The position numbers and the translations under genes were made by a program. A stretch of DNA of 64,000 bases, from positions 95,544,001 to 95,608,000 of the forward strand of contig NC_087437.1 in the NCBI RefSeq assembly GCF_036321535.1, in the 5' to 3' direction. Within the stretch, counting starts at the first letter, position 1. Each line of letters starts with the position of its first letter. Origin of the DNA: Camelus dromedarius. Its lineage: Eukaryota. This document shows positions 40,206 to 53,130 of the stretch, piece by piece. A model generated the notes under the pieces. The model saw only the letters and a list, made by a program, of their open reading frames with translations, had not been told where the DNA came from and did not search any database.

Positions 40206-41796
40206 CACCTATGCTAAACAGCAAGAAAAGTATGATAAATTAGTCACTCTTTAATCTACATATGTATGTGTATATAATTGATTCTCCTTTGTGTTATATG
40301 AAATACTGACATAATTTTCAGGAAACATTTCAAGATCTTCAACATGGGTTTGAATTACAGATAGCTCAATGTGAAAGATCATCCATCTTGAAACTGAAAA
40401 GGAACATCACTGAGTACCAATGCATCCTACAAAATTACAGCCAAAGTATGTAAGTGACGTATTCACATGGGTAGAAGAAATGAAGTTGTCTATAAACATT
40501 GGCACACTTATCACTTCCACATGAATATTCTCCTTCCACAAACTTTCTGAATGGGTCATGATCATGTGTATCTTTAGATGCTTCTATATAATATATTATA
40601 CATCAAACTAAAAAGCACCATCCACGGGAGAGAAATCCATCTGATTGGGGGAAAATGTGATACAGAAAATGTACATTTAGATGTTCACTGAGACCAATCA
40701 CTCTTCTGACAAGCCTTTCCTGAGGTGAGCAAATTGAGGAGAAATAGGATTTTGTAAACTTGTAAGAAATATTGAAATTGGTCCATAAGAGAAAACTGTG
40801 TGACCCAAACAGCCTTCAAAGTCATCCTGATCGTACCTGAGGATGCAGTTTGTGACATGTGTAACCACTGCTGAGATCTTGCACGGGCTGGCGTTCTATC
40901 TTCAGGTTTTGTATTACCAAACAAACCTACAGCGCTGCGACCTTGCAAAATCTCTTTGAGCCTCACTGAATGTTAAAGCCTTAAATCAAGATCCTGCCAG
41001 GATGAGATGATTCTTGCAATAATGATAACCCACAGAAAAGGCAAAATGAAATTTAGTTGGATCTTGACTCTAGCAATGGAAATGTCAATCAAAAGGCTTC
41101 AAGTCAAGGCTAAGTCCGAACTTGTATTTGACTCCTAAGACTAGATACCTTAGTTATTATTGCTTCTATTATATTTATACATTTTTCAACTTCAAATATA
41201 AAAATGAAAAACCATAAGCCTACAATGGACAAATATCAGGGACTGAGTACATTAGTAATTTAATTTAAAGTAGGAAGAAGGAGATTGTTTCTAAATCCAG
41301 AGCATTTGTACCTTGTAAATCAAGTCTGGGCATTAAAGGTTCTCACAAATCATAAAGGCTAGTGACTCCTCTCTGTTTTGTTTTGTTTCTTGTGGAGCTG
41401 AATCTGGGTAGTTTTATAGGGTCACTGAAGAAAAACAGCAAATGCATTCCTCATGAAGCTCTATTTTAATACTGAAACATTAATTTTGGCCATTAGATTC
41501 TGATGTATTTTATACTGATAAAATTATCTAGAAAATACATTATAGGTATTATTTCAATAAACAGATGTAACTTTGGCCTTGTTTTGGTGTTCCTTAAGAA
41601 ATGGGGAATTTTCTACTGTTATAATACCACACTGGTATGAGTACTTCTCATCACAGCCCTGATGAGAAGCTTTACACTGTAAATATGATTTTCTAAATAA
41701 AATTTGAGGGCTATAAAACTTTTGATTACCTAATTATTATTTTCTAAACTGAAAACATGTGTTTCTCCTTTTGGCAAAATATTTACCAATCACCTC

Positions 41797-42860
41797 TGCA
41801 GCAGAAACTGCTGATTGTTTTCCATTATCCTTTCTCTCCTTCCTTTTAACAAGAAAATCTCCTGCATTTTAAAGGGGTACATGAATGCCTGACATACATA
41901 ATTTTCCCCGGTCTCCCTTACATTAGTTGTGGCCATATGACCAAGTTCCAGGCACTGAGATGTAAGCAGCAGTGATGTGTGGATGCAACTGCCATGGTTA
42001 TGTCTTTTCAAGAGGAAAGAGTTTGCCTTCACTTCTTTGGTTTTCTGTTTCTGAAGGCTAGGATAGAGAAGTGATGCTCATCAACCAACTTGAACTATGA
42101 GGAGTAGAGAATATCACAAATACCACAGAGAATGGCATCTCTGGAATAGTCCTGGAACACCTCATGGAGCAGAGTCACTTACCTGCCCCCAACCACCTGT
42201 CAATCTCCGGAGTGTTAGGTGTCAGAAAATACAACGAACTATTTAAAGCATACATTTCAGTGGCATTTAGTACACTCACCCTGTTGTGCAACCTCTATCT
42301 AGTTCCAAAACATTTTTGTCACCCAAAAAGAAAACTCATAGCCATTAAGGAGTCTCTCCTCATTCCTACTGCCCACTATCCCCTGGCAACCACCCATCTG
42401 CTTTCTGCGAATCAGCACTTTGCTTGCCTAATCTGCATATTTCATATAAATGGAATCATGCAATATGTGACTTTTTATGTCTGACTTCTTCCATGAAGTA
42501 TAATGTTTTTGAAATTCATCCACATTGCAGCACGTATCAGCACTTCACTCCTTTTTATGACACTATTTGCATGTGTGTACATGTGTGTGCATGCTGTATT
42601 TTGTTTATCCATTCATCTGTTGATGGACATTTGAGTGTTTTCAACTTTTTGCTATTACTTATTAATAGTGCTGCTATGAACACTTCTTTACAACTGTTTC
42701 TTTGAATACTTATTTTGAATTCTTTTGGATATAGCTGGGAGTGGAATTTCTGGGTCATTTGGTAATTTTATGCTTAACTTTTAAGGAACTGCCGATTGTT
42801 TTCCACAATGTTGAGTCTTATTTTCAGATCTCTAGCTTAACGAGTACCCTGATCATTACC
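41797..42860 (+). mobile_element. MLT1 (H/I/J-like) LTR interrupted by L1MB
   Basis: tgcagcagaaactgctgattg...gttgtggccatatgaccaagttccaggcactgagatgtaagcag. Confidence 0.75.
42226..42808 (-). mobile_element. L1MB-type 3' fragment
   Basis: cagtggcatttagtacactcac; ccctggcaaccac; catatttcatataaatggaatcatgcaatatgtgac; ccattcatctgttgatggacatttgag. Confidence 0.92.
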
Positions 42861-43119
42861 CTTACTCAGTGGTAGACACTGCTGTTGTAAACAAGGAGCA
42901 TTCTCTTTGTGGATACAGAGAATAAGAGCTGTTACAGAAACATGACCAATATTTCTAGTACAATAACAGAACAAACTAGCTCTGGGAACCTCTGGAAATT
43001 AGATTTTAAAATATAAGAAAATAATTTTTAAAAAGGGTTAGCAATGATTTTCATGATTTCTTCTTTCACTTAAGGAGACCAAGGATAAGAGACATCAGTG
43101 TAAATCTTCTCTAAGGTAG

Positions 43120-43985
43120 CGTTTCTTCATTCACTTTATCACTTGCAGAATATCCATTGAGTGCTATAGACTGTTAAGGGTGCAGAACAGATGCAGGGAT
43201 TAGTGACAAATGGATTCTTACTTTCAGAAACTTAGAGCACAAGAATCATCTAAATATATATTACATTTTGCTGTATATGATATTTTATCCCAAAGGAGCT
43301 GCAAACAATATGTGTACTGATTGTTTCCTAGAAAGATAAGGTCACTCTCTTCTTTGGGAGTATCAGAGATGGCAGATTGTATGTATTTTGTTCTAGACAT
43401 TTTAGCTTTGTGATTTCTATTATATTTGCAATTGGAGATATCAACGAGGCATGTAGATTTTTCTAGCATGAATGTGGAGGCCATTGGAGAAGTCTGAGCT
43501 GGAGTCAGAGCTGGAATCATAGATACGGAGCAACACATAAAGATGCTATTTAAAGTCATAAGGTTGTATGAGATTACCTAGGATGAGGTTGTATATGGAG
43601 AAGGAAACCTACATCTGAGTCCTGCAGCACTCAAAGATTTATTTGTTGAGAAGTTGTCAGAAGTAACCGAGATGGAAGTGTCACTGAACAAAATGGAACC
43701 CAGGGAAATGTGATCCCGTGGAAGCCAAGAAAACAAAGTGTTTTAATGAAAAGGCAGTGATTGAAGTGTTAAATGTTACTAGGATGTTAATATAAGAATC
43801 ATAAATGGCTTTTAGATTTAGGGAGGTCATGAGTGATCTCAACAAAAGCCGTTCTAGAGTCATGGTAGTCATGGACAATAAGATAAACAGCTAAAGGAGG
43901 AAAGGAAATGAAGGCAATCTTATTGATCACTCTTTCAAGAAGTTTTTCTGTTAGTGGAGGCTAAAGATGTGGGAAGGTCTTGAGA
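43120..43985 (-). mobile_element. L2 fragment
   Basis: gatgctatttaaagtcataaggttgtatgagattacctagg; ggaagccaagaaaacaaagtgttt; cactctttcaagaagttt. Confidence 0.8.
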
Positions 43986-43994
43986 TCAGTGAAT

Positions 43995-44235
43995 AACTAA
44001 CAACAGCAAACACTGACATAGCAGAACCATGTGTGGGAGTTGCTCAAAATATGTTTATATATTTAACTCATTTCATGCTACTTCAACCCTATTGGGTAGA
44101 TATTGTTTCCATTTTACAGACAAGGAAACTGAGGCATTGAGCATTCAAATAATTTGTCCAAAAGTATATGCTAATAATTGGCAGAGCTGAAATTCAAATC
44201 CAACCAGTTTATTATTCCGAAGTCCATACTCTTGC
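43995..44235 (-). mobile_element. MIR SINE
   Basis: ccattttacagacaaggaaactgaggca...ggcagagctgaaattcaaatcca. Confidence 0.92.
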
Positions 44236-44949
44236 CTAATTTTATTAGTTTGGCAGACTATTAGGTCTCTTTTTTATTCCATTGCCTTTTACTTGACAAG
44301 GACCCAGCTCCTGGACCACAGAAACAGCTAAGAAGTAGAACTTCAAAGCTGATGATTTGACAATGAAATGATGTTCAGATCTATAATGTATTCAAATCTA
44401 TAGTCCTTGGTCCTGCTGATTATTTTTTTGTTTGGGTCAGTTTTATAGTTTTTATTGAAGCTGAATATGTTGAACCTGTTTTATAATTTTTAGAAGAAAA
44501 TTGACATTGCAAATGGCCTTGGCCTCTTATTCATTTGCCAATTGGAGGTTGTGATATCATTATTCTTCAATAACTAGCAGGAAGAAAGGAAATAGTGAAG
44601 TCAACTGTTGGGAGTTCTTCAGATAGCAAGGTGATTCAGGCATTGGATACTGTCAAAATAATGTTTACAGGCAGGGAGGAATCCATGGGGGACCTCAAAT
44701 TAAGATTGAGAAAGAATAGCCAATCTAGAGTGCTTTTAAATCTTATGTTTAAAGTATCCCTCACTGTTGTTTTGACCTGAATACCAAAAAAAAAAAAAAA
44801 AAAAAAAAAAATTTATTTTGCAGGTCAAAAGCAAGGATGAGTATATCCTATTAGAATTTATCATGACAAATACCATATTTGTTTTTGTTTCTATGTGTGA
44901 AATATATTAGAAGGAGGACGCTACTCCTGAAGATACCTTATTCATCTTC

Positions 44950-45090
44950 ATTGAATTAGTTCTACTACTTACTAGCTGTGTGGCCTTGGGAAAGTTACTT
45001 AAACTCTCAGTACCTCAATTTCCTCATCTATAAAATGAGAATAGTAATGAGTATGTATTTATTGAATGCAGAGCATAGTTAGCACTAAGT
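44950..45090 (+). mobile_element. MIR SINE
   Basis: acttactagctgtgtggccttgggaaagttacttaaactctcagtacctcaatttcctcatctataaaatgag. Confidence 0.93.
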
Positions 45091-45992
45091 TTGTATTGGA
45101 TGAATAAAAGATTGTATTTGATATTTATTAAGACCACTACATATCAGAAACGCACACATGCATACACACAATCTGATCTTTCCCTGACATCCCCAGACTT
45201 GGCAGATGTGGCTTACTCTTATCTGTTCCAAGTCTCTCCTTTACAGCGTGCACTAACTTAGCAGTAGTTTTCTTACAGCACTTTTAACATCTTGCTTTTT
45301 CTCCACTTGTTTTTATCCAAAACAGGTAATAGCTTTCTTACTATCTACATCAAGTCCTGTATGTTCTACCTGTATTTAACCCTCTCAAATTTGAGGATTA
45401 CCCTGCTTTCTAATCTTTTAACTTTCCTCGATCAGTCTGGTATTCTCACTTTCCTATGTATATAACATTTACATTATACCACCAGTTTACCTATACTCTT
45501 TTCTCAAATCTGTTTTGCAAACTCTGCTCTTTTCTCAAGTGTGTCCTGGAAACTCCTTGGATTTAAATCCCATGTACTACAAGATAAAGTTCAAACTTCA
45601 TATTTATAGTTACAGTATATATAGTGGATTAGATCCGCATGCATACCAGTCTCGTCCTACTGTGACTACTGTACTGTAGACATTGGAGATTTAAAACTCT
45701 GTCTTCAAAGTCCTTTGGGGCTAGGCTTCTGAATGCAAATTTAAATTCCACCAGTTAAAAATATTTGTGGAATTTGAAAAAGTGGCATGGCTGTGCTTGG
45801 AAGATATAGATTACACTGAAGAGGGAGCAGCAGGTGAGGAAGTGAGAGCAACCATATTGATTACTCATGTTTCTGTTGCCTTGGTGTGTTTTCTGCTGTC
45901 ATGTACAGCAGTAAAGACAGGTTTTCTGTAGTGGTGTCACAATTTCATGAGTATTGGGAGGCCATTAAGGTGGCTCCAGTGTATTGAATCTA

Positions 45993-46336
45993 TGTTGATA
46001 TTATAAAAAAAATAAAGAGAAACTTCAATTAAATACAGTTCAGAGACCAGAAAGGAGAGCTCTCACACCTGATGATGAGAGCAGAGCCCAACAGGAAGAA
46101 GAAAGAGCCCTCTTCCCTGGCAAGGACTCAGCCAATCTAGAGCCATGGACTCTTTGTCTACCATAGCCCTCTCAACTTCCTTTTCCTCTCTGTAGAGGCT
46201 TTCTCCTTCCCCTGCCCTGTGGACTTGTATGTGACTTACCATGTTTGCAGACCCTGAACTGCAATTCTCTGCTGATCCCAAATAATCACATCTTTGCTGG
46301 AGAAACATCTGGCAGTCTGCTTGTCGTAGGCCAACA
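45993..46336 (+). mobile_element. Short ERV solo LTR, apparently nested in an older LTR-like segment (about 45670-46560)
   Basis: Termini tgttga...ccaaca; CCAAT box (cagccaatc); degenerate poly(A) signal aataat before a U5-like end; no clear TSD. Confidence 0.75.
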
Positions 46337-47399
46337 ATATGGTTTTGGGAGTCATTCCTGGAAACAGTCTAGAGCCCATTCCATTCAATTTTGTAAGCTT
46401 TTAGCCTGCTTATAATTGCTGGAGTATTTTGTTGTTGTTTTGGTTTTGGGTTTTTTTTGGTTTTGGTTTTTTTTTTTTTTTTTTTTTTTTTTGCTTCCTT
46501 CAACAGATCCTGGACTGATTCAAATAAAAAAGACCTTTTACAAACTGTTCCCAGTCTCACTTTCCTGCCTGATTTCTTCTAATTGTTGTGTCTTTCTTTC
46601 TTTGTCTTAAACAGTATTTGCTCTAAACTACTATCATTTCTTAAACATTCCAAGGAATGTGTATCTACTCTATTCCCTCTGAATAACATTTACTCTTTAT
46701 TTATGTAAGGAACTTCTATTCCCTTTTCTAGGTTTACAAATAAAGACTTCCTAGATCTTTCAGGTCAATTAACTACTCTCTTAACTAGATTTCAGCAGCA
46801 ACTCCTACATAGATTTTCCATAGACTAGAACTGATCTATCTGTGTTCTGATTATTTATTTAAATTCTGGCTCATCAGACTCTGAGCTCTAAGAAAGTGGG
46901 AAGAGGTTCCCACCCCTCTGTGCATTACATGCTATGTTTTACATCTGGACAGTTCTAGTTAATTTTTGTTGTTTTAAAAAGCCTATTTCCTATCACAGAT
47001 CCTCTTGGAGTCTTTGTCATTAAATCTAGCTACAACGATGTTATTTCTCTTGTAATGACTCAAACTGCAAAGCTGCTGAATTTTACAGCTGGAAAGAAAC
47101 TAAGATGTCCTTTGGTTCAAACTAATTTTTTTGCAGAGACATTTCAAAGCCATGTAGGTTGACAGTAGATCTTAAGTGTTATTATTTCCGAAGTAATTCC
47201 CAGAATGCTGCCTCACATCCAGTGTCTTAAAGTCTAGTTCATTATTTCATGTGAATTGTATTAATATTAGCTAATAGTTGATAATGCTAATAAAGCACTG
47301 TTTTTATATGGTTTATACCTGTTAACTTATTTAATCCTGGCAAAAACGCTAGAGTTTGTTGGTAGACTAACTTGCAATCCCTTCAAACACAGTAACCAT

Positions 47400-47830
47400 T
47401 TTATTTAATCATTTATTTTTCAACAAAAATTGGGCACCTGTGATATCCCAGGCAGGCACTATGTGCCAGAGAATATAATACCAGCGAGACAGGGTCCCAG
47501 CCCTCATGAAGCTTAATTCTAGATGGGGGGAGAAAAGTGGACATGTAGGCAAAATAATGTCAGATTTGATCAGTGCTATGACACTGACAATAATGAGCAA
47601 TGCTTTAGGCAGTATAGTCAAGGATGGCTAACTTGTGACAGCTAGGGGAGATGACAGCCAGAGTTTTGGTGGAAACTCTTTCCTTTCTTAGAGGAAAGAA
47701 CACTTTCTCTGTTGTAATTACAGTCAGGAAAGAAAAGGAGGAATTAAATACAGGTAGATTTGTTGGTTTAATTGTAGGAAAGTTAAAAATTCCGTATTAA
47801 TGGCTGTCAGCCAATGCAGAATTGAAGGTA
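47400..47830 (-). mobile_element. L2 3' fragment
   Basis: catttatttttcaacaaaaattgggcacc...ggcactatgtgccag...ccagccctcatgaagctta. Confidence 0.8.
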
Positions 47831-48910
47831 AGTGAATATACAGAGCAGTGTGTGAGGTCAGGAGACAAAAAAGGTGCCTCTTTAACCTTTGTCAAATGTC
47901 TGTTCACTTTTTGCTGTTATAAGTGCCTCACTTACATGCTGTGTATCAGAATCTCATATCTAAATCTTCATTCCACTTAATTCTGAGCACATTTTGGCAA
48001 ACAATAAAGAAAGTACAATCACAAGAGCTGCTAATAACATTTTTGTTACTCAGATTTAACAACCATTAAACTGGTTGGCATTGTGCTATGAAGAGAGATG
48101 GGTGGTCTTTGATGGATGTTTATACCTATACAAATAACTCGATTCTGACTGTCCAAAACCGAAAGCTTTTTCAAGGCTTTGTACATTTATAGAAAAGCAC
48201 AGCTTTTGTTTGCTGTGATTTAATAGCTTTAGCAAACATGTAGCCAAGATGGTTTTTGAATGGAAGATGACCCTTGAAGCTAAGTCACCTTAGTCAGCAT
48301 ATCAGAAGGGAAATAACTAACTATGTGTGGGCACTGTAGGACAACTGTTGTTATTTTGTGCTCTGGAGATATAATGCACTAGGGACACAATACTCCTTGA
48401 TTTAAGTTTGGATAAAGATAACCACTTCTCTCTTCTGGTTACCTCCAAAGATAGTCTTATAACACATGCCCAGACACTTGCCTAACTCTAGCCACTGATA
48501 TATAGTAAAAGATTAGCTCTTTTAATAATTGCCATAAAAACAGAAGAAAAAGCTTGGCATATTCTAAGAGCAATTAAAGATCTATACAATGTCCTCTGAA
48601 AATGAAGAGAAAGGAGTGACTCATTTCATCAATATTACATTGCACCATTCCTGTACTGTTCTATATGCTGTGAAACTTATTTTGTAATCGACTTGCTTCC
48701 ACTAGTAGCATTATTTGCTATTACTATTTGCATTCCAGGTAAAGATGAGAAAAACATCATAAAATACTACACCTTTTCCGGGGTGGTGGTGGTCATTGCC
48801 TTATCCACATTGAACTTTTTATTAACACAAAATGTGTTAAAATGAATTTTTAATACATTGCCTTCTGAACTTTTTCATCATCCTCCCTCTTTATTTAGAA
48901 AATGAAAAAT

Positions 48911-49000
48911 TTTAAATTAAAAATATACGTAGTAATCAGTTTACCTTAAAAACTATATACAGTAATCACTTTAAATTAAAAACTGTATATAGTAATCAGT
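48911..49000. repeat. About 30-bp AT-rich minisatellite, 3 diverged copies
   Basis: ttta(aa/cc)ttaaaaa...agtaatca(g/c) at 48911, 48940, 48970. Confidence 0.9.
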
Positions 49001-49119
49001 TCATATGACCAATAATTACAATTGTATTCAGTTTACAAAGTACTTTCATAACCCCATTTTAAAAACAGGAAAATTCAGGGAGGAAACTGGCCAAGATCAC
49101 TTAACTGAAAAAGATTATT

Positions 49120-49261
49120 TTTTCTTTTTAAATTTTTTTTTGGGGGGGGGAGGTGGTTGGGTTTACTCGTTTACTTATTTTTAGAGGAGGTACTGGGGAT
49201 TGAACCCAGGAACTTGTGTGTGCTTACCATATGCTCTACCTCTTAAGCTATACTCTCTCCC
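49120..49261 (-). mobile_element. tRNA-derived SINE (camelid Vic-1-like) inserted in a MIR
   Basis: Minus strand reads gggagagagtatagcttaagaggtagagc (A box)...gggttcaatcccc (B box)...A-rich tail; TSD ctgaaaaagattatt/ctgaaaaggattctt (13/15) at 49105-49119 and 49262-49276. Confidence 0.9.
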
Positions 49262-49911
49262 CTGAAAAGGATTCTTAATACAGATTGCCTAAATCCTAGT
49301 TCTGTGTTTAACCCATACAATCTTTCTCCTTTTATAACTTCTATAAAATTAGACAAGTCTGGTACTTAATTTTTATATCAGATAATTCATCTATTAAGAT
49401 CATAAAAAGAAAACTGATTCTGAAATTTTCAGTGTATGTTAGTTTCTATGTAAAATTAAAAATAAAAATAAAACTTTATCATTAAGAAATGAGAATTTTC
49501 TTGCCAATAAATTTATGCTGTTGCATATTTGTTTGCTCCCATGAAAGAGGACAGTAAATATAAATGATGATAGCATTAGACTGCATTTGATCAGATTATA
49601 AAACATACCACTCCTTAGGACCATGTTAAGTAAACATGGAGAAATTTTGCAGACACTGTCAGAATCTGTTATTCCCTCCTTTGCATAACTTTTTCTTGAT
49701 TGCTTTATTCTTATATTTTATATTATAGTAATTTATGTACAAAACTTACTTAATAGATTTTAAGTCACTTTGGGACCTAGACAGAAAGGCGCAAGCCAGC
49801 CTAAATTCTAAATCAAATGACTAAAATGAATTAGGGTTAGATGTGCTACAGTTGGCTTACAGTTTTTGTTCTTGGGGAAACACAGGAGTTGACACCTAAA
49901 CAATGTATGCT

Positions 49912-50075
49912 TATCCATTTCGTCATTCAGCAGATACTTACAGAGTTCTTAGTACATGCCAGGGACTGTGCCAGGTGCTTGATACATGTCAATGAACAAT
50001 AGAGATATGGTGTCTGCCCCTATGAGCCTCAGAGGGATACTCAGCCAATAAACAAGTACACATACACTACAAAAT
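49912..50075 (-). mobile_element. L2 3' end
   Basis: cattcagcagatactta...atgccagggactgtgccaggtgct...tctgcccctatgagc. Confidence 0.82.
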
Positions 50076-50580
50076 GTGCCCTTTAGACAGAAAGATTTCT
50101 GTGAGATGAATTAATCTATGAATACATCTGTGAATTAATACACCATGTTCAAGTGTTTGGTCTAGGAATTCAGTCTGGAATTTCACCACATGCAGGCCAT
50201 CCATGAACACAGCCCTAAACTCTTCTGGCCACATTTAAGCTTCTCTTATTTTGTAGCATCTGAGAAAAACTGATATTTGGAAATAATTATAGCAATTCAA
50301 GCAATAACCAAACACATAAAATAGTAGAAGCATTCTCCCCAAATCTAGTCAAAATTTAGTCTTTTAAAAATATGGTCAATTAGATAATAAAATTAATATT
50401 TTAAGTCAAGCAAAACTGTTGATAGAGGTTTCTCAAAAATAAGACCAATTCATCTTGGGTAAAATTTCAAGTAGCTAAATTATTACTCATTTTTTTTAAT
50501 TTAAAATTTTAACTTATTAAGTTATTTATCTGTTGTTATTTTTTCCTTTGTATCTTCTCAGTTCCTTCTTTGAAAATAAG

Positions 50581-50925
50581 TGTGATGATTAAATTTACAT
50601 GTCAACTTGACAACGCCATAAGGTTTGATCGAACATTATTCAGACAAAGATTATTCTAATGTGTCTGTGAGGGTATTTCTGGATGAGATTAACATTTGAA
50701 TCAGTAGACCTAGTAAAGCAGATTGCCCTCCCAAATATGGGTGGCTATCACTCAATTAAGTGAATACCTGAACAGAGCAAAAAGGCTGAGTAAGGAGGAA
50801 ATTTTGCTTGACTGCATGAGATGGAAGATTAGTCTTTTCTGGTCTCTGGACTTGGACTGAAACTGAAACATTGGCTCTCCTTAGTTTTTGACTGAAACTT
50901 ATACCATTGGCTTTCCAAATGTGTA
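50581..50925 (+). mobile_element. MLT2 (ERVL) LTR, 3'-truncated
   Basis: tgtgatgattaaatttacatgtcaacttgac; gtgtctgtgagggtatttctggatgagattaacatttgaatcagtagac; taaagcagattgccctccc. Confidence 0.92.
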
Positions 50926-52219
50926 CCAGCTAGACTCAAAGGATAGGCTATCAAATGGGGAGAATGTCATGTGCAAAAAGAAGAGAATTATAAGAGAATG
51001 GGATATTGCAACTGAAAAAATGTGAGAAGTCTGACTGTTCAGGAAGGCAAACAAAGTATGAAGAGCCTTTGGATTCCATATGGTTAGTCAGTATTGCAAA
51101 ACTCATTTGTTCATGGCAATATTTTTTAAAAATCGTAACATATTGGAGGAAAACCAACATATGGGATAATACGTTTGTTTAGATTATAGTAGACGGCAAA
51201 TAAAAATGTTCTTTAGGACTAATTAGATACTCTGAGAAATAATAAATATTTGAATCACATGCTTTAAATACAATAAAACCTAAATATCACAACAATTTTT
51301 GTATTATTAAGATATATAATATAAGCAGCTATAACTAAATAGGCCGTGCAGTATATGACAATTAATGAGACACAGCTGCCCCTGCCATCAGTGCACAGAT
51401 TTCATGAATAAAATGATCTCCTATGCAATTGCCTAATGTTCAGTATTCTGGAAAGCTGTTAGCTAAAATCAACTGTAGCATGATAATAGCTTTCTAACAT
51501 ATATATACTTTACATATCAGAAATGGAAATATTGTTAATACCAATCTTTTTATTAGAAGTTATATTACCATCTCACAAAGCAAATCATCCTTGGGAAATG
51601 TTACCATGGGCAATTGGGAACTTTAATTAGGGGGAGTGATATTATCAAACTTTTATTTTAAAGGGTTCAATGCTGTAATTGTGTTTAGAAAGAAAAGAGG
51701 CAGATGATACAATCCTTGGGAATTATTTAGAAAATAGTTGGGAAAATCCAAGAAAATCAGGACGAGTACCTGGATTATGTTGCTTGTGGAAATAAGGATA
51801 GGAAATTAGAGAGAGAGTAACAACTTAGAATAAACCTGACTTAATAACCAGTTGTATCTGATAGTAAGAGAAGGAAAGGAACCAAGAAAACCTTACCCCC
51901 AGATTTCTGTTTTAGAAGATGGACTGTGTCATGTTGCCATGTTTCTTTGCTGATAGTGACGTTTTGAATTTTGGGAGGGTGAGTAGGGAAAGGAAGATAC
52001 ACACAATTGACTAATATATGATTACATAGAGTCTGGGAAGCATATGGCATGTCTGGCAAGCAGTAAATGCTCAGTAAATGTTCACTGAATTTACGAGTAT
52101 TTTGTTTAGTGCCCAGAGAGGGAGTTGAGTTAGAACTATAGGTTTTGAAATTATGGACGCTCGATGGTAGCTGAAGTCATGAGGATAAGTGAGTGAGAAT
52201 ATGAAAAGTGATATATACC

Positions 52220-52625
52220 TTGTTTTGAATCCATAGGATGCCTCCTGTGGTTGGCAATTTAAAGTAAGACCTTGAACAGAAGAGTTTTGGTGGAGTGAGT
52301 TCCATACTATTCCTAGTCACCTTCCCATGACTTACTTGCCCTCTAGAAGCCCCAGATCCCCTTCTTTTTTGTCTAGCCTCTTCTCCACACCCCACACTTT
52401 GTCTAGCCTTCCACTCTACCCTTTGGGATAATACATTAAACCCCCAATTCTGGTTGCCTTCCTGAGTCTCATTTCTTTGTGAGCTCCTGTTTATATGTAT
52501 GTAATTAAAACTTTTGCTAATCTGTCTTTTGTCATTTTAATTCACAGGCCCTCATCATTTTAATTCACAGGCCCTCAGGCACTGAACCTAGGAGGGAAGA
52601 GGAAAAAATTTTTTTCCCCCCTCTG
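52220..52625 (+). mobile_element. ERV1-class (MER34/MER39-like) solo LTR with internal 23-bp duplication at 52532-52577
   Basis: attaaa signal then gctaatctgtcttttgtcattttaattcacaggccc...gaacctaggagggaagaggaaaaaattttttt. Confidence 0.78.
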
Positions 52626-53130
52626 GAAACTGTTAAGACGAATCTCATTTATCTATTAACTACATTTTGATAATGTTGTTATTGTTACTATATTATTGTT
52701 ACTCATTTTTATTTGTGGTGAATTGTCTACATTTTGTTGAAGATATGTTATTAAGCTCTTGCAAACCCTTTGAAGGTGATATAATTATTTTTTGGTAACA
52801 TTTTAAAATTTGTCAAATTTCTGTGTTAAATATTTTAAATATATTTTACTTTAAACATAGGAAATGTGACCTACAAATACAATGTCAACCAGAAGATAAC
52901 TAAAATCTTAGTAAGTTTTCTCTTTAGCATTGGCTATATTGTTTGATGGCATTTTTAGCTTTCTCTCCAATTGGCTTGGCCTAATAGATTCTTAAAAGTG
53001 TTTTTAGATTTGTTTCTTCTCAGCAAAAGCCTAGTTGAACCAATTGCTTCTTCTGTTGCCTTCTTATAGCCTGAAATATATCAATAAAAGCATTAGGTTG
53101 GCAGGAGTCTGTTGAGTACCCTGGTATTAG

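Noticed and set aside
44786..44810. Long poly(A) as a processed-pseudogene tail (also about 20643-20668)
   Set aside because: No upstream poly(A) signal, mRNA-like body or clear TSD; treated as simple homopolymers
49190..49261. tRNA gene
   Set aside because: tRNA-like head is followed by a SINE tail and flanked by a TSD; it is a SINE
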